A stretch of 58,615 nt of DNA, the filler included, from Sphacelaria rigidula (lineage: Eukaryota), in the NCBI GenBank assembly GCA_964200075.2. It is 3 parts of 3 records of this genome, joined end to end, with 100 filler letters (N's around TTAATTAATTAA, not from the genome) between each part and the next. Parts side by side here need not be neighbours in the genome. Positions count along the whole stretch, not along the records: positions 1 to 19,473 come from CAXNAA020000664.1; positions 19,574 to 39,045 come from CAXNAA020000665.1; 1 more part is not named here. One strand, 5' to 3'. Positions 1 through 27,943 of this stretch are shown here, in pieces. The stretch's first letter is position 1. Each line of letters begins with the position of its first letter. The notes beneath the pieces are model-generated. The model did no database searches. It was not told where the DNA came from and saw only the letters and a list, made by a program, of their open reading frames with translations. The translations under genes were made by a program, and so were the position numbers.

Positions 1-29
1 AACGTCCTCGCTCTGCACCTTGGTGGTCT

Positions 30-135
30 GGGCTGGGGGTTGGGGGGTGGGCGGGGGCGTACTCATTTGTTGCTTGCCCTAGTCGTTTGACCATTGATCA
101 CGCATCCCTTTCGAGACGGAGCAAAGCAAGGGGGA
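30..135 (+). repeat. Dispersed repeat shared (inverted) with 58290-58405
   Basis: GTACTCATTTGTTGCTTGCC...TTTGACCATTGATCACGCATCCCTT in both, preceded by G-runs. Confidence 0.8.
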
Positions 136-247
136 GGGGGGAAGAAATCCTGCCCTTCCGTTACGGCATGGGGGTTTGATTCGGCGAACAATAGTAACGC
201 CAAGGTATCTTGCAACTGCAAGACCGCGACAAAAAATCGCGGAATTC

Positions 248-556
248 CACGGTTGTGTTCCGTAGAGTACGATTTTCTTGTGTACCCGGGGTACTATCCG
301 TACCTCAGAGGCCTGCACCTCAAAGGTCCGTGAGTTTTGTCAGCCCTTCATGCAGGTACTCGACTGTTCTGTTCATGTATTCAAGACATTCTTGCCCTTG
401 CCCGGGGTACGGGTATACCCTTGTAGAAATAGTCGGGTGCAAGTGAGGGTTTCTGTACAAACTCCGTACCGTTCCTGACGGGTTTTGTTAAGTTTTGTTG
501 TCAACCTATACCGGTATCCAACAGATGTAGAACATACCTTACAGAACATAACATTG
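248..556 (+). repeat. CAAGG...CCTTG-bounded repeat arm (internally shortened)
   Basis: Begins CACGGTTGTGTTCCGTAG, ends TTACAGAACATAACATTG; internal TGAGTTTTGT/ATACCGGTA subrepeats as in the other copies. Confidence 0.7.
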
Positions 557-641
557 TAAACTCCTTGACGTCTACGCAACATAGCGGGAACGAAACACCG
601 ATCGCATCGCCATTTTTTTGTGCAATACAAACAAGTCTGAC

Positions 642-16213
<15,572 letters not shown>

Positions 16214-18062
16214 GAGTACGTGCGTAGACGAGCTGGTGAGCTATGTGGGAGTGGAACCCGAACTTGAATGGTAGCTGCACGCTCAGGGTAGCGTGCAAAA
16301 AAATTGGGATAAGTTCGCAGGCGTTGTGTCGGAACAAACCGCTGCCAGATGCCCCCCACCAATGTTTTCAAAATAGTCGTCTCGCATCAAGAATGACAGT
16401 TCTCACAGCGGGTACACTACAACAGCGGTCTAATGTGGCTCTCCAAGCAGGCGACGGTGCCCACGACATGGGGCAAACAAGGTTGGTATACCGAAGGGTT
16501 TGTGCCTGGATCAAAGCGGCTCGAAGAAATCTATATGCAAGTAACACGCTACGTACGGTGATAAAGATTGCCCTCTTGCAACCAAGCCGTTGTTTATACA
16601 CACCGCAGAGAGACAAGTGCAGAGTACACACAGTACGGACGTTAACGGAACTCGCTCGAGATTGAGCGGCCTCGTGGATCATCACATATCTTGGGCTTGG
16701 TAGTCGTTGTAGTGGCAGTTGTTACGGAAAGCCATGGATAGGGACGAAGGTTCAGAGCTGAAAGATGAGCTAGCAGTGCTCGGAGCACATGTGCAGAAGT
16801 TTATCGAAGAATTGCGGCCTTGGGCAGAGGTGAGTGACTAACTCGAGATCTAGAGTTGCGCTGCACGAACAGTTGCTGTGCTACGGTTGTTGTTGTACTG
16901 AACTGTGGAGTCTGTACCGGGATCCCTCCACCCTGTTGAACATAAAGCAAGGAATACCGCCGACATAGCCAAGGGTAGGCCCAACACAAGATACAGTCAG
17001 TAAATTCAGTTCAACCATATAGCCCATACTGCTATGCTTTACAGGGAGTAAGTAGCCTCTCTTTGGAGCAAAGTAGTGCGACGGACACTGAAACTAATTG
17101 ATTCCGAGTAAAGCTGGTTTCGTAGACGAGACTGTTGAGGCAAAAAATCAGCAAAACTAATTTTGAACTCAACCCTTGCAGTCTCACGCCAAAATAATAA
17201 AAAGGAAACAAAATCGGAACAGAATCTGACATCTTTTCACCCCAGTACGCACGCGCACACCGCGCAACCCCAGATTCAGCAAGATGGGGTTGTTGTCTGT
17301 AGTCTACATGACATGTGGTCAGAGTTTCAGCACGTAAATGTACTGACAGCGCTTGCACGGTCGTGTCTCCTGACGTGAGCACCTCTACAGGCGATACCAA
17401 GAAAGGTACCGCGTAGAATGACATCATCCAGAGTGTGCGCAATATGGATCGATGTCTTCGTTTGCCGGGGCAGGAGCCACCCAGCAGGAAGTGAGCGTAT
17501 CTGCGTTTCAACATATGCATCCACTGACGTCTCACGCACTCTGGGCCGAGGGGACTGCGTTTTGAGGGCGTACCGATGGCATTGCCCATAATCCGTATTT
17601 TGCTTCGTGCGTCTAGCGCACCACGTAGAACGTGCCGCCGCTCCGGGAATATACTGTCTGTGTTGTGGTGTATCTCTGTGCCAAGTTTCAGGCTTGATAG
17701 AACAGACACGGCGGAGAAATCTACAAGCAAAATAACCCTTGATTCGTACTGAAAATACAGTACTCAACCCTGTTGAACCGTCTAAAGATTCATGAGGTGC
17801 GTATGATTTTTGTATGCGGGAATCTTGGCAGTTGGCTTGATTTATTTTTTTTGGCGTGAGACAGCTTGTAGATCAGATCGCCGTGCGCCACTATTTGAAT
17901 CGGTATCATTTTTGCCTGAAAAATGAATATGATGAGAACCAGATAATCCTCCCGTCACAGGCTTATATATTAGCCCGCTTCTTATAGACTGAAAAAAGTC
18001 TGTGAGAAAAGTCGTTTTGGTCAGTCTCCAGATACTTTTTTCAGAACGCGACCTTACAGGTC

Positions 18063-18528
18063 GCTCCCTACGTATAACAGACAAAAATAAAAATCTGGAA
18101 AAAGTGCCGTTTTGGAGCTTTTACGCCGTGTTACGCCCCGATAGGGAGCTAGGCAGAGGTTGAAACCTTGGAATGAGTTGCTCTACTAGTTGAGGCGGTT
18201 CTAGAATATGTTCCCGTTTTCCGGTGGCCTCAGTTCTTTATTCTGGCCAAAAAAGAATTTATTGTCCAAGAACAGTAGAAAACAGTTAGGCCCCGAGAAA
18301 AGTGGCGATTTTTTCTGGATTTGACTGTTTCCAACCGTTCTTGGACAAAAAAAATCCTGTTTGGCCAAAATAAAAACTGCGACCACCGGAAAACGGGAAG
18401 GTGTCCTGGAACCGCCTCGACTAGTTGAACAAGTCATTCTAAGGTTTCAACATCCGCCCGGCTCTCTTTTGGGGCGTAAAACGACGTAAGGGTTCTCCAG
18501 ATTTTCATTCTTGTCTTTTATAAGGAGC
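18063..18528. mobile_element. Foldback (long-TIR) MITE
   Basis: About 220-bp imperfect inverted arms, e.g. TTCCCGTTTTCCGGTGG / CCACCGGAAAACGGGAA and GTTGAAACCTTGGAATGA / TCATTCTAAGGTTTCAAC. Confidence 0.85.
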
Positions 18529-18531
18529 AGC

Positions 18532-18711
18532 CCTCTCCTCAAAGCTCCCGTTTAATCGCACGTAGTCGGCTGGCCTCTTCCTCGATCTTGTGACAAGAGG
18601 TCATGAACCTCTCCGCGCCCTGCAGCACTCCCGCGTGCCATGGTATCCCCCCTTCCCTCTTCCATGCAGAAGGCCAGAGGGCACTTTCAACTCCCAATGT
18701 CTGTCGGTTGT
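18532..18711 (-). repeat. Inverted duplicate of LINE segment 19196-19375
   Basis: Reverse complement matches 19196-19375 over 180 bp with only scattered substitutions. Confidence 0.92.
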
Positions 18712-19375
18712 GACAACCGGAGCAGAGCCGCGTGGGCGTGCATCAGAAGGTTTTCCCGAGAGCTCATTGACCGACCGAAAGCACCGTGGGAACTCAAGGT
18801 CCAACTGCTGAAGGCAGAGACGATGGAGGCCCTACTGTATGGATGCATGACGTGGGCCCCGCGCAGCGAGCACTAGCGGTTGCTGAGGACGGTACACTAC
18901 CGGCTCCTTCTGCGGGTTATCGGGTACCGCCGAGTGCGTGGCACATACCGACAGTTATCATATGCCCAGGCCCTCAAGAAGACCGGATGCCAAAGTGTTG
19001 AAGCCATCGTCCGGCAACGGCGACTGCTGTTCGTGGGAGCCCTGGCTGGACAACCGGACGGACAACTTCCGCAGCGACTGGCACTCGGAACACTCGTGGG
19101 GGGGGAACCAGGACCAGGGTGCCCGAAGCAAAACTGGCTCAAGTGCCTGCGGGACGCTTTTCAAGCTTTCGGAGCCACGAACAGCTCTACGGACGACAAC
19201 CGACAGACGTTGAGAGTTGAAAGTGCCCTCTGGCCTTCTGCAGCGAAGAGGGAAGGGGGGATACCATGGCACGCGGGAGTGCTGCAGGGAGCGGAGAGGT
19301 TCATGACCTCTTGTTACAAGATCGAGGAAGAGGCCAGCCGACTGCGTGCGATTAAACGGGAGCTTTGAGGAGAGG
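18712..19375 (+). mobile_element. Non-LTR retrotransposon (RTE-like) 3' fragment, pseudogenised
   Basis: Translates as ...LKVQLLKAETMEALLYGCMTW...*RLLRTVHYRLLLRVIGYRR...LSYAQALKKTGCQSVEAIVRQRRLLFVG...LPQRLALGTLVGG, typical of the post-RT C-terminal region of RTE-clade ORFs; in-frame TAG near 18873. Confidence 0.85.
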
Positions 19376-19473
19376 AAGGAGGAGATGGAAGGATGCGTAG
19401 CTAGCTTGTACCGAACTACACATGGCGGAAGTGGCAAGACCCCCCATCATCTCCCCCCCTTTTTTTTTCTTCT

Positions 19474-19573
19474 NNNNNNNNNNNNNNNNNNNNNNNNNNN
19501 NNNNNNNNNNNNNNNNNTTAATTAATTAANNNNNNNNNNNNNNNNNNNNNNNNNNNNNNNNNNNNNNNNNNNN
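19474..19573. other. Artificial contig spacer (N44-TTAATTAATTAA-N44)
   Basis: Exactly 100 bp; the central 12-mer gives stops in all six frames. Confidence 0.98.
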
Positions 19574-20090
19574 GCATTCGTTGGTGTTTTTTTAGAAAAA
19601 AACAGTACTCTTTTTGCAACGTGGGTGCTTGACCCGTGCAGCCTCGCGACCGAGAAAAAGTGGGTCGGTCAAAATATGGCCATTTTTCGCTTTTTTCCAA
19701 GTAAAGCATAGCAGACCCGAGAATCGCGAAAAATCGTCAAACAAATGTGAAAACCGCGAAACCACCGCTGATCTGGATATCTCCGTGACGTTAACCTACG
19801 CACGCCCCATTCAACAAGTTTTCAGCATGTAATCGCTAGAGTTTGACGTAAAACCGTCCAAAATTGGTCAACATTGGGGTATATGTGGACCAAAAAGGGC
19901 TAAAATGAAGTATATTTTGACCTAATTTTAGTATTGAAAACAAGTTTTTTTTTCTTCTCTTTTTTTTTTTTGCGTCAGCTTCTTCTGTGTGTTATCTCTC
20001 TCACGAACCCAACTGTAGGATGGTCGTCAGCGTTGAAATACCCAAACGATCAAACGTCCATAACTGCACAGACTTATGGGACAGAGGAAG
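19574..20090. mobile_element. Second copy of the same MITE, left end cut by the contig edge
   Basis: Colinear with 21850-22373 (e.g. ATCTCCGTGACGTTAACCTACGCACGCC, GAGTTTGACGTAAAACCGTCCAAAATTGGTCA); ends CAGACTTATGGGACAGAGGAAG|TA. Confidence 0.88.
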
Positions 20091-20107
20091 TACATTACGA
20101 AGAAAAA

Positions 20108-20188
20108 AACCAACGCGTCGGGAATCGAACCCCCGTTTTCTACACCCTGGTGGCGAAAGTGTGACCATTACACCGCCGGGGTGCGGCG
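20108..20188 (-). mobile_element. Isolated tRNA-like SINE head
   Basis: Minus strand GCACCCCGGCGGTGTAATGG...GGGGTTCGATTCCCG, colinear with the 48480 head. Confidence 0.6.
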
Positions 20189-20320
20189 GATATATTACCG
20201 GCGTAATATATATATCAGTACCATTGGACTGCACACGTACAGGCCGGTCAATATATATTGGGTCTACGTGGGTACTAATGTATTGTATCGGTCATAAAAA
20301 AAAATGTTATATTATAAGTG

Positions 20321-20857
20321 ATTCCTCTGTTCCATAAGTAAAGGTACCTGAATTTTTACGGGCCCTGAACGATGTCCAATCTTTTTTTTTTTTATTGAAC
20401 TCTACGGTGTTTTTTGGGTTAGGAAAATGTGTTTCGAATTTGCCGTGCCTGAACAATGCCGCCGAACGGCTGCAAAAAAAGTAGTCGACCGAAAATTGGC
20501 CGTTTCTTGCCCCTTTCGGACGGGAAAAAGAATGTCGATTTTCATTTTTTTTTAACGTTTTTTTAATCGCGTGGAACTTCCTGGCAGCAAGCCCCCGTGA
20601 AGGCGGGGGCGATTGAAAAAAAATCGAAAAAAAAATCGACACATTTTTTCCCTTCGGAAAGGGGCAAAAAACGGCCAGTTTTGGGCCCACTGCTTTTTTT
20701 GCAGCCGTTCGGCGGCATGGTTCAAGCACGAGCTGCGAAATTAAAACACATTCTTTTAATTAAAAAAACACCGTAGAGTTTATTGAAAAAAGAAACGATC
20801 GGACATCGCCAAGGGCCCGTACAAATTTAGGTACTTTTACTCATGGGACAGAGGAAG
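20321..20857. mobile_element. Foldback MITE with about 230-bp imperfect TIRs and the same terminal motif
   Basis: ATTCCTCTGTTCCATAAGTAAAGGTACC... versus ...GGTACTTTTACTCATGGGACAGAGGAAG|TA; inner arms GCCGCCGAACGGCTGCAAAAAAA / TTTTTTTGCAGCCGTTCGGCGGC. Confidence 0.85.
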
Positions 20858-21774
20858 TATGGTGAACGCTTCGAGAAAAATGCAGACACGAATGCCGGAG
20901 CCCGTGCAGATTGGGGGAAGCTTCAAAGGAAGCTGGAGAAGTTTGCGTGCATTACTACAGAGAATTGTCGAATGAGTTTGACAAATACTGTATATATATA
21001 TATATATATACTGGGCAGAAAACATGGTGACAGAAGAGGCGACCAGATATATATGCCTCCTGATACTTATCTGGCCACCGATGCGGGGTCGCCCGTCCTC
21101 TTCCCAGCATGTCATCAATATACCTTGGCTGAACATCACGATGACAGAAAGGGGGTCGATATGCGCCTTTCGGTACCGCTGTTGTCACCGGGGCTGTTTT
21201 GCTTATACCCTGGACAATACAATATGTTCCAATATGATACCAGTACTTCGTATTGGAGCCAGCGCAAATATTGTCCTTTCAATATATGTTGTGTTGAGAT
21301 GTCCTCGGAGATATTGAAGCAACATCATATATTGCTCATGTCATGATCCAGAAGTAATGTGTTGTTCTTGTCGTCCCATTTATTCCGGGCGCCGGTCATG
21401 TCAATATGGATTGGTAACGCAGTTGCTCCGGGGATAAAGCCTTCAACATATATTGTGCATGCCGGCCGTGTATGTTTTGAAGTGTCAATGTAGATTGAGT
21501 CGAAGCAATGCGTAGCGTATTGCTACCATAATCAATATCGAACGCAAGCCATGCAAAAGTATTGTTTCTCCAATATATATATATATTATATATATATTGC
21601 GCACGCTCATCGCATAGCTATTATGCAGCCAACATAAATGGACACGCTTGCGGAGGAATATATTGAGCGTTTTCAGCATGTGGTGATACGCCTTCGAATG
21701 GCGCTCGCGAACATAAACCTGCCCACTTTACTAACTCCAGTACATTTTTTTTCATCTACACGTTGAAATCAATA

Positions 21775-22373
21775 CTTCCTCTGTCTCATAAGTCTGGTCG
21801 GTTATGTTTATACGAGCCCTTAACGGTGTCTGATTTGATTCTCGTTTTTTTATTGCATTCGTCGGCATTTTTTGAGCGAAAAACAACACTCTTTCCACAA
21901 CGTGAGTGCTCAACGCGTGCCATCTCGCGGTCGAGAAAAAGTGGGTGGGCCAAAAAACGGCAATTTCTTGCTTTTTTTCCCGGTAAGCATGTGGGATCCG
22001 GGATCACGAAGAATCGCGAAAGAACGTGAAAAAACGTGAAAATCGCAAAGTAACCATTGAGTGTGGGTATCTCCGTGACGTTAACCTACGCACGCCTCAT
22101 CAAACATACTTTCGGCATGTAATCGCTGGAGTTTGACGTAAAACCGTCCAAAATTGGTCAATTGGGGTATACGTGGACCAACAATTGGCCAAAATGGGCG
22201 TACTTTGACGTCATTTTAGTATAGACCACTCACTTTTCATTCATTTATTTTTCTGCATCGGCTTCGTTAGCGCTTCATCTTTCCTACGAACCCAACTATG
22301 GGATAATCGGAAGAGTTTGAATACGCAAACGATTAAAAGCCCATAACCGACCAGACTTATGAGACAGAGGAAG
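21775..22373. mobile_element. Tc1/mariner-type (Stowaway-like) MITE, complete
   Basis: Perfect 32-bp TIR CTTCCTCTGTCTCATAAGTCTGGTCGGTTATG, TA on both flanks (21773-4, 22374-5). Confidence 0.92.
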
Positions 22374-23149
22374 TATATATATTGCTACACCAATACATTT
22401 ATTGTGACCGTCGGTTCCCTCGTGTATTGTCCGCCAATATGTATCGGACGCATCGACGCAGGACATTTTGGGGCGGCAGTGTATATTGGCGCTTCGGGTG
22501 TTGAGTATATTTAATCATCAATATATATATATATATATATTGACCTCGTGTGGCAGCCAATACATTACTCGACAAACATATTTGGTACCTCACCGCACCA
22601 ACATATTACTCTGCCAATATATATATATTATATATATAATATATATTGAGGTGGCGCGTGTCGTGATATATTGTTCGGTCGATATATATTGCATGCCGCG
22701 AGCCTTGACATATTCATGGCACAGTGTATACTGACCCTCCATCGTGCCATCATATTGCTAGCCCAATATATTATGACCACCCGACGCGTCGACATATTGA
22801 GCGGGCAATATATGTTACATTTTGTCTTGTCCAGGGTGTGAAATGTTTCGTGAAAGTTGACGAAGAAAGTGCCTAAACGGATGGAAAGGGCCGGCGTTCA
22901 TCTGCGGTTACCGTGATATCTGATTCCATGCCATATATCTGTGACATGTTGCACTTGTCTTCTTCATAATGTTACGAGCTGGTCCAGCTGACAGTGACTT
23001 TTGAACGTATCCTGGCAATGCAGCTGACAGTGAATTTTGACACAACATTTCACACGTCGGACGAGTAATTCCCCGTCGAAACGAGTGCACTCGTGGATTT
23101 TTTTGTAAAACACCACGAGCATGATTCCTGTGCTCGAGTCATTGCTTCT

Positions 23150-23345
23150 TTTCACAACGAGCGATGACTCGAGTGCTCGGCTTACTAATTTTTTACCACA
23201 ACGAACAATGAACCGCGTGTTCGCCCAAATAATGTTCTTCCACAAGGAGCAATGACCTACTTATTTTTCTCACAAGGAGCAATAAATCGAGTGCTCGCCC
23301 CATTATTTTATTCGACAACGAGCAATGACTCGAGTGTTCGCCCTA
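23150..23345. repeat. Tandem array of ~43-bp units, core CAACGAGCAATGACTCGAGTGCTCGCCC
   Basis: About 5 degenerate units. Confidence 0.8.
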
Positions 23346-24387
23346 TGAACCCTTCTGGGATCGACCCCCCACGAACACGGGGTTGACCATGTGTCAGTGA
23401 AATAATAAAAAATAAGTCAGGGAGTGACCTGCCCAATCACGGCGAGGCGAAATTTATCGACCAGATCCGAACGACCAGCGCGGGGACTGTTGCCGAGTGT
23501 GATGTCACTGCAGAGGTCGCGTGGGGATCCTGTCCTTGGCCCAGATAAGCCTTCCCAGGTTTCTAAAGCCAGGATGCTCGGAGCATGGTTTATCGTATTA
23601 CTTGCATTCAGTATACTGTAGCGTTCCCGGGGTTTCCGACGAGTTTCCTTGGGTCGCCAGCCTATACTAAAATGTAATAATTACAATAACACCGGGTGGA
23701 ATGGGAAAACCGGGAAGGAGTGTACATGCCGCAATGTGGCCGTTTTCACGAGGCACTAAACCCAGGTGGGCTGTGGAAAGACAACAGGAGCTACCGCCAT
23801 GAATCCTGTCTATCCCTCTGGCGATGATTTGCAGAACACTGTGAACATGTATGTACTGGGCGGGGATAAACAAGCTGTGTATAGGCAGCTGATCTCCGTC
23901 GCTGAGAACTGCCCATAACGGGCAAGGAAGTATGCAGTGGCAGCTGCTGCTGCAGTCCGAGTGGCGCACCGTACCGTACTGTACTGTATGTATATGCGCC
24001 GCAACGCCCATACCCTTCGAAGAGAATTCGTTGCATGCAACACAGATAGGAATGGCGACCCACCCCGACCACAAAGGGCTGTGTGGCAAGGTGATGGGGA
24101 CAATATCATCCAAAGCCACAAGTGGCGGGCGGCCCGCCGGTCGCCGCATCCTGTGGAAAGCTCTCTACGGCGACACATACTGCTTGCTAAATCAGGTGTA
24201 CATTACCTAATGCGCGCCCTGCACCTGAAAATAGATCGGATGGAACTTTCGGTCTCCCTCGTAACCCTGCGGTTACATACACCGATTTTCAACAACATGC
24301 CACTGTTTCGTGCGGACGTCAGACACGTCATTCCCAGTCAGCACCATCGGTCGTTCTGGGCGCCCGGTCCCGAAGGGGTTAACTTTC

Positions 24388-24530
24388 TCCACGACGAGCA
24401 ATTACTCGAGTGCTCGCCCCATTAGTTTGTTTCCACAGCGAGCGATGACTCGAGTGCTCGCCCTATCAATTTCACGGCCAACGAGCAATGACTTGAGTGA
24501 TCGCTTTATTAACTTTGGGGTCAACGAGCA
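24388..24530. repeat. Second array of the same ~44-bp unit
   Basis: 3 units plus a partial one, same orientation. Confidence 0.8.
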
Positions 24531-24861
24531 GCCCAATGAGTGCGAGTGCCATGCGTCACACTCGTGCTCGTCCGACGTGTTCAACAGTTTGATCATCACT
24601 ACGCACAACATTCCTGGGGATGCCAAGGAGAAAAAAGCAACAAGTAAGAGCGATTTGAAGATTCTGCAAAAAACTAGAAAAATGCAATTACTCCGTGATA
24701 TATATATATATACATATGTATGTATTATGTATGTATATATAAATATATAAGGAGGCATTCACGGGATAGTCGTGCGTCCTTGGGTGGAGAAGATCTTGGT
24801 GCAATCTTGGCCAAAAATGCCGGAAATTTGGCGTTGCATCCAACTTTCGTGTGATAAGGAT

Positions 24862-25205
24862 ACGCCCCGGTGGTCAAATTGGTAGAACCGCCTCAAACTA
24901 CAGAGGTCAAAAGTTCGAATCCCGACACGGCCATTCATTTCATTTTGCGAATAATCTGGCATTTGTTCTGTGCATAATTCCACGGGTGGGAGGAATCATC
25001 GAGTTGAGTTGAGTGAGTTTTCCTGTCGGCACACGACGACATCGAGTTGGGTTGCAGTGGTTTCAGGACTGCTCGCCCAGTGATCTTTACCCCCCCCCTG
25101 GCTTCAAAGCTCAGCCTCCACCCGTGAGCCTCTGACTCTGCTTCCTCCCGATTTGCGAAGGGTCTCGACATTCTGGTGACTGTCTTGCACTCGGGGGGTG
25201 TAAAG
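24862..25205 (+). mobile_element. Probable tRNA-derived SINE with a different body
   Basis: GCCCCGGTGGTCAAATTGGTAGA (A box) ... AGTTCGAATCCC (B box); 3' boundary approximate. Confidence 0.5.
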
Positions 25206-27943
25206 CGCAGTTTAAGGAAAACGACCGTCGGCTGGGAGGTCCTCTCCCATGAAGCTGTTAATGCCATTTTGCAGCACTACTCGTACCAGTGTGTTTATGC
25301 GCATGCCGAGTCTTCGCGTGCCTGTGCGGCGCAATTCCCTACCGCAATTCGACCGCATTTGGTGAAACAAAACGTCTCCAGACGCGCCGTCACGCAACGG
25401 CACAAGGCGTTCCCGGTACTCAATGCACTGCAATAACATCGTCGCCAATACTTCGCCAATCGACCGGCGGCGGTGCCGTGCATTATCAAGTTGGTCTGCA
25501 GTTCACAGCGATACGCTCAGGTCGGGCTGATTCGGTGAAGTTGACGAGTTATGGTGTGACATGCAAATGCAGGATTTACACTGGCCCAGCTCCTAGTCGA
25601 ACGGACATCACATTACCCTTCAAGGACCCTTCAAGTGTGCGCCAAGCATGTTATATGCCAAGGTGGACATGGAATCAACGAGCAGTGCGCCTGCGCGAAC
25701 TTGTCAATGGTCGGCTTCTCCCGTGTAAAAACGCAAATCGGACCCCCGGTCAGGCGAAACACAACCCACTACCCTTCATTTCGTTCATATGTGGTCCGGG
25801 ACAGCCGTGTCTTCAAGGCCCAAAAATGCCTACTAGCAGCACGATCGGTACATGGTGCTTCAGGGCCTTGATTAAAAGGGGAAAAGGGGTTACGCATACT
25901 CTCGAAACGTGAGGTGGCGTGTACTCGTAAGGACACTTGAGTCAAATAAGATCGTTCGCAGAGACGCTTGCCAACGCGTTTCTGCATGTGCTCACCTGTG
26001 TACGGTGCTGCTCCATCGCCAACAACACAACGCTGTTTCGTCTGTGCACATTCAGTGCAGCGAATCTCAAGTGTACTCAATGAGACATCAAGATGCATTG
26101 AAACAAGGAATCCATGTGACGCGCGTGGCAAGCTCTTGCGTGACCATCCCTCAGCCGGGCACAGGCCTCGAGTGATCGTCTGTGAACCAGACGGCAAAAG
26201 TGAATATCTCACAGGACCATCGTTGCACCGCTTCGGTAGGATAGACGCGTGGGAAAAATACACATGAAATGCCGGCCATATTAAACACTGTCCATCACGC
26301 GTAGTATGGTCTTTTATTATTGCCATGTCCCTGGCAATGGCAAATACAGTCAACAAGGGTTGACTGTAAAAACCTCCAACCCTCATGTGTGATGTGCCCC
26401 CATCACGAAGGCGGGGTACATGGACCAAAAAAATCAGATGTGCCATGTAGGTACTTCGAGTGCCGATAAAGCACGTCATGCTTTCAAACGTCTGGAAACA
26501 TACACTCAGTCCTACTTGGAGGCTGCGGCTACATGGTGGAGGCGGTACTTTCCGACGACTATAATAGCAGTCCCAGACACTGGTGTTAAAATGTCTAGGA
26601 GATATTTCTCAAGTTGTCCGCATGAACGACCATTCCATTCTTGATTGCTGAATACTCGTTCCAAGTAGCTTCTGTCGCGAGACATGTTCCAGCTGCTATT
26701 GCGGAAATACTGTGTCTGGGGTAGGTCGGGGAAATGCCGATAGGTGAGTATGCTCCCGAACACATGCTAAACAAAACACGGGCTGCCACGTGCACATTCA
26801 TCACTACAACCATCACTGTCAAACATAGAGCACAACGATACGTGTGGTGCGCGACTCGCTTGCACCATGTAGACAAGGTATGCATACAGAACCGTATCGA
26901 AGAAAAAACAAATATTTGGTGGTTAGTTTACACTACTGTGGTGAATATGACTAGTCATACAGGCCGGTTCAAGGTTAACATCTTAGATACACTCATCAGG
27001 AAATCCCTTTCGCAATACTCATCGAACATCTGCATACACGGCATCACTTTGCCCATGAACTAATGAATAGAGTGACACAGCCGGAGTTTTGTTCAAGGCC
27101 GTTGTGGTGGCGTTAGGGGGCGAAAATGCCCCTCGACCATTCCGCGGTCTTCAAGTTGTTCAGGAATCAAATATAGTAATCAGAATCATAAGTATCACAG
27201 GGGTGTTTTCGGGGCGATACGGACTAGATACCCCGTTCATCAGGAGGGTGTTATTTACCGTTTCCGACTCTTTCGTAACGAAACGGTCAAGTTTCAGATG
27301 TATGAATACGTATACAATTATTCAAAATAACGATTGAGATCGTCTTCCCCCCCTATACTGCACAGACCTTAGTCCAGCATTTTCCGTGGATGGCTTGATT
27401 TCGGGAGGGGTTTGCTTACTATTCTCCATGAGCACTCAAAAGTGCTTGCGTCGATAGTTTCCGCAAAATAAGCAGATCGTGCTCAAATCATCATGTGCAA
27501 GTTGGTGTCGTGGGGGTGATGCGGACTAACAAACCCATCAAGTAAGAGAGTGTTATTGACTGTGAATGGTCCAAGAAAAATAGTTCCCCGGCTCTGGCGA
27601 GGTGAATAGGTGGAACTAGAGAAAAAAAAAAACGTTTCGACATACATGATCGGAATCGAGTTGGTCCATCGAAAGTACCGAAGGGCTCGAACCTGGGAGT
27701 GCACTTTCGCAGGACCCCCGGAGATCAGTCAGGCCTGTAAGTCACTTAATATTGATCGCCGTTTTTTCTGTTTTCGACATTTGTCAACAGGATTATAATA
27801 TCTCCGGATTCCCATTTTTTGGCATCGAGCAGTCACTGTGATGAGTGGTGGCCAGGGAAAGAAATTTTGAAAATCTTCGAGTACCTGAGAAAATACGGAT
27901 TCCGAAGACCTATGATGCTGACTACTGTATATACTTTCAACCC

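Noticed and set aside
17032-17767. Overlapping 232-aa and 146-aa ORFs upstream of NDR
   Set aside because: No recognisable domain or clear splice context, so I cannot support a gene call.
20108-20188. Functional tRNA gene (also at 24862, 27944, 48480)
   Set aside because: A/B boxes are present, but I cannot build acceptor and anticodon stems. The copies are diverged and attached to repeat bodies, so they are SINE heads.
23150-24530. Repeat-spacer pattern as a CRISPR array
   Set aside because: Linkers are only ~15 nt and similar to each other, the repeats are degenerate, there are no cas genes and the context is eukaryotic.
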